64,000 bases of DNA, taken from positions 362,948,001 through 363,012,000 of the forward strand of contig OZ024741.1 in assembly GCA_964016885.1 (NCBI GenBank), given 5' to 3'. A model generated the notes under the pieces. It had not been told where the DNA came from, searched no databases, and saw only the letters and a list, made by a program, of their open reading frames with translations. The position numbers were made by a program, and so were the translations under genes. Below, piece after piece: positions 12,661 to 24,409 of the stretch. Source of the DNA: Eledone cirrhosa (taxonomy: Eukaryota). Every line of letters begins with the position of its first letter. Within the stretch, counting starts at the first letter, position 1.

Positions 12661-12816
12661 CATGCAAAATTCCGTTATAACAAATACCATTATAATGAAA
12701 TTTTTTTCAATCCCCGAGGTAATAACAAACAAACGCTGGAGCTCATTATAAAGAATTTTTCATTACAACAAATTTTTTTTATACCCCGTGAATTTCATTA
12801 TAACAGAATTTTACTG
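12661..12816. mobile_element. Tc1/Tigger-type MITE
   Basis: ta-catgcaaaattccgttataac ... cattataacagaattttactg-ta inverted ends. Confidence 0.6.
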
Positions 12817-13674
12817 TATTACAAACACCATCTTATTAATGAGATAGTTAATAATTTTAGTAAATCTCTCCAAATATTTCATTAATTCATTTATTAGAAA
12901 TATGGTCATGAAAGTGCTAACTAAATTTGGTGGAATGTCTTAGCAGACTCTGTTATTTATCTAAGTCCTGATGCCTGTATCTTTTGGTCTTTAAGATGAT
13001 GGATGCTCTATTTTGAAAACAGAATCAGTGTTACCAGTAGGTCAACTAGGTGGTCACCTAGGGCATATATCTCAGAAAGGCACATTACTGAATCTAAAAC
13101 TTTTATTCAAATTTGTATGATTCAATTAAATAAATAATTTCCATGAATAAATAAATTGCTAAACATCTTTTCCACAAAGCAGCATTGTGGAAATACCCAA
13201 AGCAGTGGAGAGGATCATATGGTACTATGACCTATCAGATGATTTAGCATATGTGAGTGTAAACAGTGTAGTGGAAATTGCAGGCTTAGTAATTTTCCTA
13301 GTTTGGTCAGAGCAAGTGTCAAAAACTAGGTTTATCAGCTTACCAAACTCTAAGATGAAATTAATTTATTTGGAAAAATGAGGTGCATAACTGGGAGAAA
13401 GGGGTGCTAAATACCCAGGTACCAAAACTGGGTGGCAGAAAAGGAACTATTTCCTCAGACCAGAGACAAGACCGGAATGCATTCAATAGATAGACATCCA
13501 AGGATGAGGTGCTATTGTTAAACTTGGCTATGTGATATGTGTATGCAAATATATAATAGCAGAAATCAATATAATGTTAAGCCATGCTTAAAATAACTGT
13601 TTCAAATTCTAGTCTCTCTCTCTCTTTCTTTCTCTCTCCTTCTCTTAAAACAAAAACAACCAATCACAGTTTAC

Positions 13675-13794
13675 CTTCTCTACTTGAGAATTTCTATCTT
13701 TCAGTGCTTTTTCCAAATTCTGCTGTAATGACTTCAGTTCATTAATTTCAATATTTTTCAGTCGCAACTGTTCTTCTTGATTTCCTTTCACAGC
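13675..13794 (-). CDS. CEP128: CEP128-like exon J: AVKGNQEEQLRLKNIEINELKSLQQNLEKALKDRNSQVEK
   Basis: Acceptor tttttgtcag, donor gtaaac; 120 nt. Confidence 0.85.
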
Positions 13795-14732
13795 CTGACA
13801 AAAAATGAATTTTCACCTTTTGATAGCAAACTACCTGAGACAGCCCCTGGTTCTGTGTTACAAAACTGTTTATTTTAAAGGGTTTATGTTTATCTAAAAC
13901 CTTCCATCATAATTTTATGTAAGATCCTACGTTATGTTCTAAACAACAGCTTAATAAAGAGAAAGTTAGTTATATTACTAATTCCCTCCAAATTCTTGAT
14001 TGTTTTCAAAATTATTTGAAAATTGTAAGTAGTGTCTTTTATTAGAAATATAGTAATAAAAGAGTTAAACAGAATTTCTTTGAAAATAAGACTGCTGGTT
14101 TACAATGGATAAAATCAGGCTTTTAGAAATATTCATTGAATTTGTAGTGTTTGTGGAATTTCTCCAGTTGTTTTGAAAACTGTAATATCGATACAATTTT
14201 ATAGAGAGCTACAAAATACATATTTCGTTTTATTTGGAATTTTTATGTAACATTTGGTTATTAAGACGATGTAAAGTATACATAGGGAGTACTGAAGGTA
14301 TAGTACAGGAGAGAGATGTGCATGTGTGATCAGGCAGCTGTATAGTGCTCTTTTGGCTCTCCCTTTCTCTTTCTTTCTTTCTCTCAGCTCAGTGACAGAG
14401 AGAGAGAGAGAAAGAGAGAAAGGCAAAGGAAATCTATACATTATTTCTCTCAATCCACTCCCTCTCTTCTATGTTCTCAAGCATGACAGATGAAACATTA
14501 TATAGCATTTACATTACTCTATATTTACTGTTGTATTTTCACGGTAAACACTTAATCTCACATAAATATCTCACATAATATCAAATCTATGCGGTTTTGA
14601 TATTATTTATTTTGAGAACAATACCTTAACATCAGTATGAGTGGCTGATTACAGCCGATTTGAACAGAAAGAGGTTTAAATGCTGGTTTAAATTCTAAGG
14701 GGTTAAATTATATAGATTAATTAATGACTCAC

Positions 14733-14907
14733 TAAAGCATCTGTCAATTCCCGTTTCACTCTGTCCCACTGTGTGGTCATTTCATTGTGTTGAATTCTCA
14801 AACTCTCCAAATCTTTGACAAGTTCTTCATTTCTTTGAATCATTTGTTGGCTTGTGTGTTTGTTGCAGTCAACTTCTTTCTCAAATTCTACAACTTTCTG
14901 TTTCCAC
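14733..14907 (-). CDS. CEP128: CEP128-like exon I: (Q)WKQKVVEFEKEVDCNKHTSQQMIQRNEELVKDLESLRIQHNEMTTQWDRVKRELTDAL
   Basis: Acceptor gttgtctcag, donor gtgagt; 175 nt; phase 2 to 0. Confidence 0.9.
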
Positions 14908-15005
14908 CTGAGACAACGAAACCAAATTGACGTGAAGAACAATAAATGAATTTCCCAGTCCGTCATCACCTGTGTTATGTTTCTATTTAAGGATTGCTAT
15001 ACAGC

Positions 15006-15174
15006 CAGTGCCGGATTTAGAACAAATGAGGCTCTGTGCTAGTTAAGTTATGAGGCCCTTACTTGGAGCCTGAAGGAGGTAAAAAAATCTTTTTGCAAGA
15101 AGATGGGCCCCACCCCCTGGTCAACGGGGCTCTGTGCTTAAGCACACCTAAGCACAATGGTAAATTATGCACTG
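15006..15174. mobile_element. MITE with CAGTGC.. TIRs; inverted copy at ~5635-5801
   Basis: cagtgccggattta...taaattatgcactg; internal ctgtgcttaagcacacct and tgtgctagttaagttatgag occur as reverse complement at 5635-5801. Confidence 0.6.
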
Positions 15175-15662
15175 TACTGATCCTGACTATAATACCCCTT
15201 TATCATCTGACTATAATACCCTCATCATCTTACGTCCTGGGTTAGACAGGTTGTCATTATCTGAAACAAGACAGGTCAGATAGCTATATCTCTTGCTCAT
15301 ATGTTCCATACTTTGGCATGGTTTCTATGACTGGATGCCCTTCCTAATGCCAACCACTTTACAGAGTGTACTGGGTATGTTTCATCAGAGCACCAGCACT
15401 AGAGAGATTGTCTGTGTTTGGCAAGACTGAAGAGTACTTTCTACCTTATATTGACTCTTTACCCATTGTTGTCTCCCTCTGTGTTCAGCAACTTTTTAGG
15501 AAGGAAGAACAAAGATGATTAAATCAACCGCTATACTTGACTAGTACTTTATTTTATTGATGGTGTGGGTGAGGGTGAGGGGACAGAGGGTGGAAGAAGA
15601 GGGGGGGGGAGAAGAGAGGGAGGAGGAGGGATAAGGAGAAAGTTCACTGTTCTACAACTCAC

Positions 15663-15928
15663 TGTTTAATTGATTCTTGTGCCTTGCCTCTCAGAATATC
15701 CTGCTTTCTCAGACTTTCTTCTAGTGCTCTCTTTGTTTCACTCAACTCTTTCTTTGCCAGCTCCAAATAATTGGAAGTTTCAGTCAGTCGAGAACTCAAT
15801 TCGTCCACACGACTCTCCAGTTTTCTACGGCCATATTCTGCCACTTCATATTTATCAACTGTGTCCCGGAGCTGGTTCAAGATTTTGGCATTTTGTCGGT
15901 CTCGGTTCTCAATGTCTTTTGTTAGTAA
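15663..15928 (-). CDS. CEP128: CEP128-like exon H: LLTKDIENRDRQNAKILNQLRDTVDKYE...LRGKAQESIK(Q)
   Basis: Acceptor ctgttgtag, donor gtgagt; 266 nt; phase 0 to 2. Confidence 0.9.
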
Positions 15929-17610
15929 CTACAACAGAGGAAAATTGTCATAATTATCAGGAGCACTTCAAATGTAAGGCATGGCTGTGCGGTTAAGGAG
16001 TTTGCTTTGAAACCACGTGGTTCCATGTTCATTCTCACTGTACAGCACCTTCAATAACTGTTTTCTAATATAGCCTTGAGTTGAGCATTGAGCAAGCAGC
16101 ATACCTCCAAATTATGCTTGCTCACTCTTTTCTTTTCCTCTCTCCAAGAACATCCTATTACCCAATACTTACTCTTCCTTCTCTCCTCTGCCTCACAATT
16201 AGCATTGCCAAATTTATCCCTAAATTTCCCACCCCATTCCCAACCATGCCAATACCGCCAGATGTCACTCACTTGCCCTAAGGTCACCTTTCACTCCATG
16301 GGCTAGTAACAGACAGTCAAAACCACATTTTCATACCCCTTCACTCCCTGTCATTGTCTTCTTAGCCTGGTCAAGGCTACAAACACCCTAGAGATGAAAT
16401 ATGGTACTACTGGTTCCACAATAAAATGTGCTCAGTGCTCAGCCCATACTGGAATGTGGAAGTGTTGGTGACATGATAAAATGTATCCAGCCCACTCTGT
16501 AAAGTAGCACTGGTAACATATTAAATGTACCCTGTAAAATAGTAGTGATGATGCACCCAGAAAACAAACTCAGTATGGGCCGTGAAGTAGTTTGCATTAA
16601 GAAAGGCATCCAACCATAGAAACCATGCTAAAATGGAATGTATGGCCAAAGCACAGCCATCCTCGTAATACTGTCATAGATCAGTCTAATGAGGGGTCCC
16701 AGCTCCCTGGTATCAACCTCTCAGAACACTATATTACACTTGCTGACCACCTCCACACATTTCACCATAGCAAAATTGATGTTGAAGGATGTGTGTAGGG
16801 AGACCAGATCCATGCTACTTATTACACATGTCAGGTCACAGACGAGGCTGCAATCATCAATTCTTCTAAGGAGATCCTCCATGCTGTTGCATACTTCTGG
16901 AGACATTTTGATTATGGGACATATGACAGAAAATAGGAAAGTCTGTAGTTGCTGGCAATGTTAGCTGTTACTGGCCATGTTGTTGGATCAGATCAGTAGT
17001 TGTTTTGTGATTCTTGTGAAGTTCCCTCCCACTCTGCTTCTGCTAGAACTCACTAGATGGCACTCCACTATCAGCTTCCAAAATTCATAGCTAAAGACTT
17101 TCAAAAGTTTATTCGTAAACATACTGTATATCATTCATCATCATCATCTTCGTTTAACATCCATCTTCCATGCTAGCATGGGTTAGATATACAAAATACA
17201 CATACTTGTATGTATACAGCTATGTTGAAGCGAACACCTTAATTCTATTTCTTGTTCAGGCTGAGCTGGGATACAGTTCTATATGCAAATGAGGCTAATC
17301 AGCCAATGTACATAGACATCAAAACTATATGTTTTCGCCTATATTGAATTCCAGCAGAAAGCAAAGTAAAGGGGATCATTGCCTTGGTAACAGCTATCAG
17401 TCAGAAATGGCCATCGGTAATTTCCCCCTCCTTGTTTCTACTGGAATTCACTAGATGGCGCTCTGCCATCAGCTTCCAAAATTCATAGCTAATGGCTTTC
17501 AAATGTTTATTCCTAAACATACTGTATATCATTATATATACAAAATACCTTGTGCCAAAAGTAGAAACAATTATATATACAAAATACACACATACACATA
17601 TATAGACATA

Positions 17611-19465
17611 TAGGAAAAGAGTCAGGACTCCGACGGTTGAGCTCCGGGCGTTTCGACAGCTAGATCTGAACTGAGTTCGGATCTCGCTATCGAAATGGCC
17701 GGAGTTCCTTTTACCCACTCTACTACTCTAAGTATCGAGTACTCTGGTGCGTTATGGTCCACCTAGTATCTTACCATACTTTCTTTATTATATATATATA
17801 TATATACATATATGAATATATATATACACATATATATATATATCATCATCATCATCATCATCATCAACGTTTAACGTCCGTGTTCCATGCTTGCATGGGT
17901 TTGGACAGGGGTAGTCCCACTTGAGGCAAGAGTGATTGTCTTGCTCGCATAGGACTGTCTGGCAGGTTTTCTACAGTTGGATGCCCTTCCTAACACCAAC
18001 CACATTTACAGTGTGGGTCTGGGAGGTTTTTACCGTGTTGCCTACACGGCCACATTACAGCATGGACTGTGTGTTTTTTTGTCGTGACACCTACACGATC
18101 TCCTTTGTTTCGGCCTGGATGGCGCGGCACCAACATAACTTTACATAGAACGGGGTGGTGTGGATGGGGTGGGGGTGGGGGTGGTGGGACGGGGTGTATT
18201 TTGTTAGTGATGCCTACTGGCTGGAGTAGGTTTTACTATATATTTAGGTAAGGCGGGTCTTCTCTGTTACTGAGTACCGCCAAAGGTCTCGGTCCAGTGA
18301 CATTGTCTTGGAGAGGTGTAAGTGTGTGATGTCGGAGTTTATCAGCTCGTCCCAGGTTTTTCTAGGTCTGCCTATTCCGTGACTACCGTCTATCTTTATT
18401 GCCCTGCACTTTGTTATACAGCTATCGACTTTCATGCGCATCACGTGTCCATACCAACGTAGCCTTCTCTCGAGTAAACAACATCTGATCCCTCTTATCT
18501 CTAATATTTTCCTTAGTTCGTTTATGCTTTGCCGTTCACGTATATTACTGTTACACATCCAGCGGAGCATGCAAGCTTCGTTCCTCTCTAGTCTGCGTAT
18601 ATCCTCTGCACACAATGCCCAGGTCTCACTGCCATGCAACATTGCTGTTCGTATGCAGGCATCGTACAACCTGCCTTTCATTTTTAGGGAGAATCCTTTA
18701 GCAGCTAATAGTGGTATAAGCTCTCTGAACTTTTTCCAACCAGTTCTGACTCTAGCTACAGTACTTTCAGAGCACCCTCCCCCACTGCTGATTTTATCGC
18801 CCAGGTAACGGAAGCTGTCCACTATTTCTATAGAACCCTCTGCGCAATTGAAAGAGCTAGTATTTTGTGGGCACTTGCTGCTACTTATTGCACCAGAACA
18901 CCAGCCACATGTAAAAATCTATGTTCTTAGTTAGCTTACCTGTGATCCCACTACATCTTTTATGCACCCATACTTTGCATTTAGGACATAAAATGGAGTT
19001 TCTACCTACGCCTTTCCTACACACCGAGCACGACCATTTCCCAGAAGGGACTGCCGCCTTGTTTTCTTTCCTACAAACTAGAACTTTGGTCTTAGCCAGG
19101 TTAATTTTAAGTCCTTTTGACTCTAGGCCGTGCTTCCATGTTTGGAATTTCTTCTCTAGCTCGGCCATTGATTCCGCTATGAGTGTCAGGTCGTCTGCGT
19201 ATAGGAGTTCCCATGGGCAGCCTGTCTTGAACTCCTCTGTTATAGCCTGAAGGGCAATAATAAATAGTAGGGGGCTGAGAACAGAGCCCTGATGGACGCC
19301 AACTTTTACGCTAAACATATATATATATATATGTATGTATGTATATGTATATATATATATATATGTGTGTGTGTATGGGCTCCGGCCGTTTTGTTTGACA
19401 GCTAGTTCAGATCTAGTTGTCAAAACGGCCGGAGCTCAGCCGTCAGGGTTCTGATTCTTTTCATA
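17611..19465. mobile_element. Pair of ~60-bp inverted repeats (17611-17672 and ~19405-19465) enclosing the RTE copy; probable MITE ends
   Basis: taggaaaagagtcaggactccgacggttgagctccgggcgtttcgacagctagatctgaact versus the reverse complement of the right end, tatgaaaagaatcagaaccctgacggctgagctccggccgttttgacaactagatctgaact. Confidence 0.6.
17843..19316 (-). mobile_element. 5'-truncated RTE-clade LINE with RT core, one frameshift and (GAT)n tail
   Basis: GVHQGSVLSPLLF, LLYADD, KTKV, FRYLG and RRLRWYGHV motifs; +1 frameshift in the A5 run at 18913-18917; same family as 1211-2038. Confidence 0.93.
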
Positions 19466-19553
19466 TATATATATGTTGGGTGGATGGACAGTTGGCTGCC
19501 TAGATGGATAAAGAGACAGACAAGCAGACTGATAGATAGATAGATAGATAGAT

Positions 19554-20502
19554 ACATTTCTTTATTAGCCACAAGGGCACAAAAGAAGGGGACAAATACA
19601 AATGGGGAGTTTACATACAGGTATATGAAAATAAAACTATTAATACAATAACAAATAACAATTGAAATCCCCAATAGAGGGGAGGTGTTACACAGGGGTT
19701 GTACACACCCCGAAAAAATGTACAACCCTCATCTCCAGGAGCACCAAGAGTGAGTACTCCCTTCCTCTCTTCCTCTTTTTCCTCAACCTACAGGCTTATA
19801 TAGAGAGAAGGCCCAACCACTCGGGCCGTCTTTACCACATTCACCCACCTTTTATAAAATTTGCTGGGATACAGCACTTCCCTCTCCATCCTGATTCTTC
19901 TTCCAAAATGATATTTGAAAAAACGAATCAGTTGCTCGCCGGAGAGAAAGGTGTCTGACCTCAGCCCTTTTAACCTCGTCCACCATAGAACCTCTTTCAC
20001 CATAGCCATAACACATAGGAAAACCGCCTCTCCCTCGTTTTTGAAGGAGGGTGGCGGTTTGATCATGACAATGGACTCGGTGGTCAACTGGATTGGTCCC
20101 ACCCGCGACAATAGCCGTTCTACATAGCCCCACAGGTCGGTAACGCCCGGGCAGTGTACGAATGCATGTGTGACGGTTTCCTCATCGCGCACGCATCTCA
20201 GACAGATATTTTCGAAGGGTCCCTACCCGGGCGCCCGTGTCTGTAAAGCTTGTCTCGAACTGGTAGAGCTCCTCGGTAGCACTGTCAGGCCAGGGACTTT
20301 TGGAAGTTGTCCATTGGTCCCGGGCGGAAGGTCCTACTGAACAGACTGGCCAGTTCGTCCTCCTCTACGCCTAGAGTTTCTCCGAGTGTGTCGTCGCACT
20401 TGCTGCGGACCAACCCTCTATAGAATGTCTAAGTGGAGTCTCCACTGATCGCCAGGTCCGTTTGCCAGAGGACTGAGCGCCTGAGCACATTCGATGTGCC
20501 AA
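19554..20502 (-). mobile_element. Tx1/L1-like LINE 3' fragment with CCHC zinc knuckle
   Basis: Translation NFQKSLA*QCYRGALPVRDKLYRHG...CLRCVRDEETVTHAFVHC; AATAAA near the 3' end (tttatt at 19561); flanked by (GATA)n on both sides. Confidence 0.8.
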
Positions 20503-20553
<51 letters not shown>

Positions 20554-20559
20554 CTTTAC

Positions 20560-20723
20560 CTCAATATGGTCAGAGAGCTGACCTCTCTGCTGTTCACTTT
20601 TATGTATATTATGTCGTACATTATCCATTTCAGCAACAACAGCAACAGTTTTAGTCAGATGTTGTCTCAGTTCTTGCAGTTCATTGTCTAATCTTTGTTT
20701 CTCTTTCTCCCGCTCACTTTCCA
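20560..20723 (-). CDS. CEP128: CEP128-like exon G: (L)ESEREKEKQRLDNELQELRQHLTKTVAVVAEMDNVRHNIHKSEQQRGQLSDHIE
   Basis: Acceptor atttcag, donor gtaaag; 164 nt; phase 1 to 0. Confidence 0.85.
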
Positions 20724-20966
20724 CTGAAATTATGTGAACATATGACAGGATATGACAGCTGAAAGGAATGAGGGGTGCACCAGCGCTGGGCTGGTAATTT
20801 TCTTTATTAACCCCAGAAGGATGAAAGGCAAAACAGACCTTGGCAAGATTTGAACTTAGAATACAGAGACATAGAATAAATATCTAATGCTCTAATGATT
20901 GCAAAATCAACTACCTTATTAGCACTACCACTGCTGGAAAATTAATATAATAATGATAAAACTTAC

Positions 20967-21084
20967 AAAGCTTGAATCTCTCCCTCTCTTTTGAGTCATC
21001 TTCTAATTTTTGGTCATGAAGTTGGCCTTGAAGTTGTACCTTCTCTTGTTCAGTTCTTTTCATTTCAATTTGAAGCTCTTCAAC
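20967..21084 (-). CDS. CEP128: CEP128-like exon F: VEELQIEMKRTEQEKVQLQGQLHDQKLEDDSKERERFKL
   Basis: Acceptor tttgttattag, donor gtaagt; 118 nt; phase 0 to 1. Confidence 0.85.
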
Positions 21085-22647
21085 CTAATAACAAACATAT
21101 CTAGTTTGAAATATAATACCACAGCAGTTGTGTTATAGCTTCAAATCCTGCCATATACAGCACATTCTACAGTAATAGTTTTACTAGCTATGCTTTGTGT
21201 ATCCCTGTTTTTAGAATAGGCACACCATTTCTCTGTGTCATAAGAGGCAACTAAAAAGGTTGACATCAGGAAAGGCACCCAGCTATAAAATATAATCTCA
21301 AAGCATTTCGTCCAACCTATGCCTGTATGGACAAGTAGACATAAAAACAATGATAATGATGATGATGGAAACTGGTTTAGCAACTCTCTTTAAAAAGTAG
21401 ATTCATATGTTTAAGACAACACTATAAGATAAAAAGTTAAAATCTTTCTCAAGCCTAGAGAGTCATCAAGCCTAAATTATCCCATATTCATCGTGTTAAC
21501 CCTTTTCATATCAAATCACATGAAACTGGCCCTGTTCCTACCATATAAACCTGCTTGTTTTAAAGTGTTTATATTCATCTAACAAAACATTCTTATATAG
21601 AATGTTTTGTTAAGTTATACACTAAACTAAATTCTTGATTATTTTGAAAATTATTTGAAAACCACAGACTGTTTTTTTTTATTACAAACAACTAATGAAA
21701 GGCTTCAGCAACTGAGTGTACAAGATAAACCCCAGCTGCTACCAGTACTCATTTTTTTTTTTTTAAATTACACTCTACTCTCTTAAAAGCAGGAAAAACA
21801 TCTTAGATAAATGTAACCCAAGATACTCCTAAAAAGAGTATGGTCACAGTTGGAATGCTTTTAATTGTAGGTCTGCTTGATTAGGATTGACCTGGGTCTA
21901 AGCAACAACAACAACAAGCCCAGCAGAAAGATTGGTTAGTTACATCTATAAATGACATCACACACTATAGCAACAGAAGAAGAAAGCTGTAGTAAACCTG
22001 TGAAAGAATATTAGTTTCATCATCATTATGACCAGCCCAACCATGCTGGCATGGTTGGGCTGGTCATAACAATTCAAGACTAGCTGGGTCATAGAACCAC
22101 ATCTGGCTCATACATTCCATATTTTGGCAAGGTTTCTATCCCTTGATGTCCTTCCTAATGTCATCAACTACTTTGTTGAGTGTATTGAGTGGAATTTATT
22201 ATGACATCAAAACTATCACTTTACGGAGTGTACTGGGTACATTTTATTGTTGCACCAGCACCATAATTGGGATGACTTAACAGTCCTCTCTACTCTGTAT
22301 TATCTCTGATCGCCAACTACTTTACAGAATGTACTGTGGCCACTTTATTATAGCATTAACACTAGAGAGATTATCACATTTTCAATAAGACCAAAGGACC
22401 CTCTCTACTCTATGTTGTTTGGGTTTATTTGTCAGTGACTTTACATGCGTACTAAGTACATCCCATCATGATGCCAACACCAGCAAGGTTGTCCTGCCTA
22501 CTACAGTCTAAAACAGGTCTCTCCACACTATGCAGTCTCCAACCTCTCACCGTATTTACATTGGAAAGTTCAAACCATTTTATGGTCTGTGGAATCTTCC
22601 AATAGACATTGATCCATAATTAATCCCTACTACAATTTTATTTTTAA

Positions 22648-22868
22648 CCCTTTAGCATTTACATTATTCTATATTTACTATTGTATTTTCACAGTAAAGG
22701 CTTTATCTTACATAATTTTCTCACATAATTTTGAATCTATGAAATTTTGATGTTATTTATTTTGAGAACAATACCTTAATGTAGGTATGAGCAGTCAGTT
22801 TCAGCCGGTTTGAACAAAAAGAGGTCAGAGAGTTCTGGCCAGATATGGCCGGTTTAAATGCTAAAGCA
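22648..22868. mobile_element. piggyBac-like MITE, same family as 9506-9726 in the opposite orientation; third copy at ~14502-14702
   Basis: ttaa-ccctttagcattta...taaatgctaaagca-ttaa; internal sequence shared with ~14502-14702. Confidence 0.7.
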
Positions 22869-23234
22869 TTAAATAAACACTTTTTAAATAATTAAACTCC
22901 CTAGTGTTGGTGAATACGATAAAATGCATTAGTGCATCCTTAAAAATGTTTGGTGATATGAAGGGTATCTAGATAGAGGAAACAAGCCAAACAAAGGGTC
23001 AAAAGGACTATTCAGCTGTATCAAAGAAATGACAATCTCCCTAGAGTCATGACAAGATGTACCCAGTGCACTCTGTGGAGTTCATTGGGTACATTGGGTA
23101 AGTGAGATGTGGCCCCTGAACACTCTAAGAGGTCAGTAGCTCTGAATAAGTACTGATTTGGTCTGTGACAGCCTGTCCAACCCTTGCTGATGATGGAGAT
23201 GATGGCTGAATGAAAAGCAGATATTTTAGGTTAC

Positions 23235-23309
23235 CATTTGTTGCAGAGTGTTCCGGCTGCCCTCACTGTGGTCTAGACGGCGACGGAGATTAGTCAATTC
23301 TGTTTCTAT
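23235..23309 (-). CDS. CEP128: CEP128-like exon E: IETELTNLRRRLDHSEGSRNTLQQM
   Basis: Acceptor tttattgacag, donor gtaacc; 75 nt; contains the SEGSR motif. Confidence 0.9.
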
Positions 23310-23779
23310 CTGTCAATAAATATTGAATAAAAACACAAGTAATTATTAGATGAAACTACCTTGGGGATTGGCTGGATTTTTAAGCCAAAACCTGACATTT
23401 GTATAAGAAATAAAAATACCTAAAATAATACAATAAAATACAATTTGCTTACACTGGCTTCTGATTTATATATAAATAATCTTTGATGTCTATTTATTTT
23501 ATAGTATGTTTACTGATTTATTTTTGTGCATACATGAGGTTGATTAGAGGTGAAAGATTCCATGAAGAAGTCAAATTTTCTAAAATGATTTTGGGATCCA
23601 TGTCCTAGAGGCATTTAACACAGGCAAGTTGTAAATTTGTACAATGAAGTAAATTTTTACACATGATAGAGGTAAGTTTTTAACAATCCTAAAGGTCAAT
23701 TATTAGTGTCATAGAGGTAAATTCAATACAGTGTACAGGCATATTAGTAAAATATATAAATACTTTATAGCTTCTCTTA

Positions 23780-24356
23780 TCCAGGTGAACTAATTATCAA
23801 TGGAGCAGGTTGCTCTGAAAGCATAGTACCTAAAATAAAGACATGATGGAAAAAGTTTGGGGAGTTGCTACTTCTATTAACAAAAAAGGAATTTTCTCTG
23901 AGCAATATGTAGATTGCCTGTGTGCAAAGTGAGCTGTTACATGGTAGTGAGACATGGGCAGTGAATGCAAAGGATATGCAAAAGCTGGTGAAAAATAAAC
24001 TAAGCATGCTCCAATGGATGTGTAATGTTAGTGTGAATAAATGATGAAGCATGGATGAGTTAAGAGAAAAACTGGGAATAAGAGAAATCAGACGCAGTAT
24101 GCAAGAAACAAGATTGCATTGGTATAGACACATGATACATATGGATGCTGATTGTTTGATGAAGAAATACCAAGAATTTGCAGTGGAAGAAAGCTGCAGA
24201 AGATGAAAACTTGAGCTGAAATAGTGAAAACTGATCTCATGATGCTGATCCTCACAGAGGAAATGATGAATTAATGGAGGAAAGCTCTACTAGGGAAAAC
24301 ATAACCAACCCATGCAAGCATGAAAACATGGATGTAAGATGGTGGTGATAATGATA
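23780..24356 (+). mobile_element. Old, degenerate RTE-clade LINE fragment
   Basis: Decayed GCSESIV..*WKKFGELL, LLHGSETW, LREKLGI and RLHWY motifs with stops, followed by the same 3' tail motif aacccatgcaagcatg. Confidence 0.8.
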
Positions 24357-24409
24357 AGACAAGACAAGTAACAATGTACACTAACTCAAGATGACAGCAA
24401 AATAATTAC

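Noticed and set aside
16689-16964. 91 aa and 61 aa ORFs
   Set aside because: I recognised no motif or splice-compatible frame; this is probably decayed TE sequence that I could not classify.
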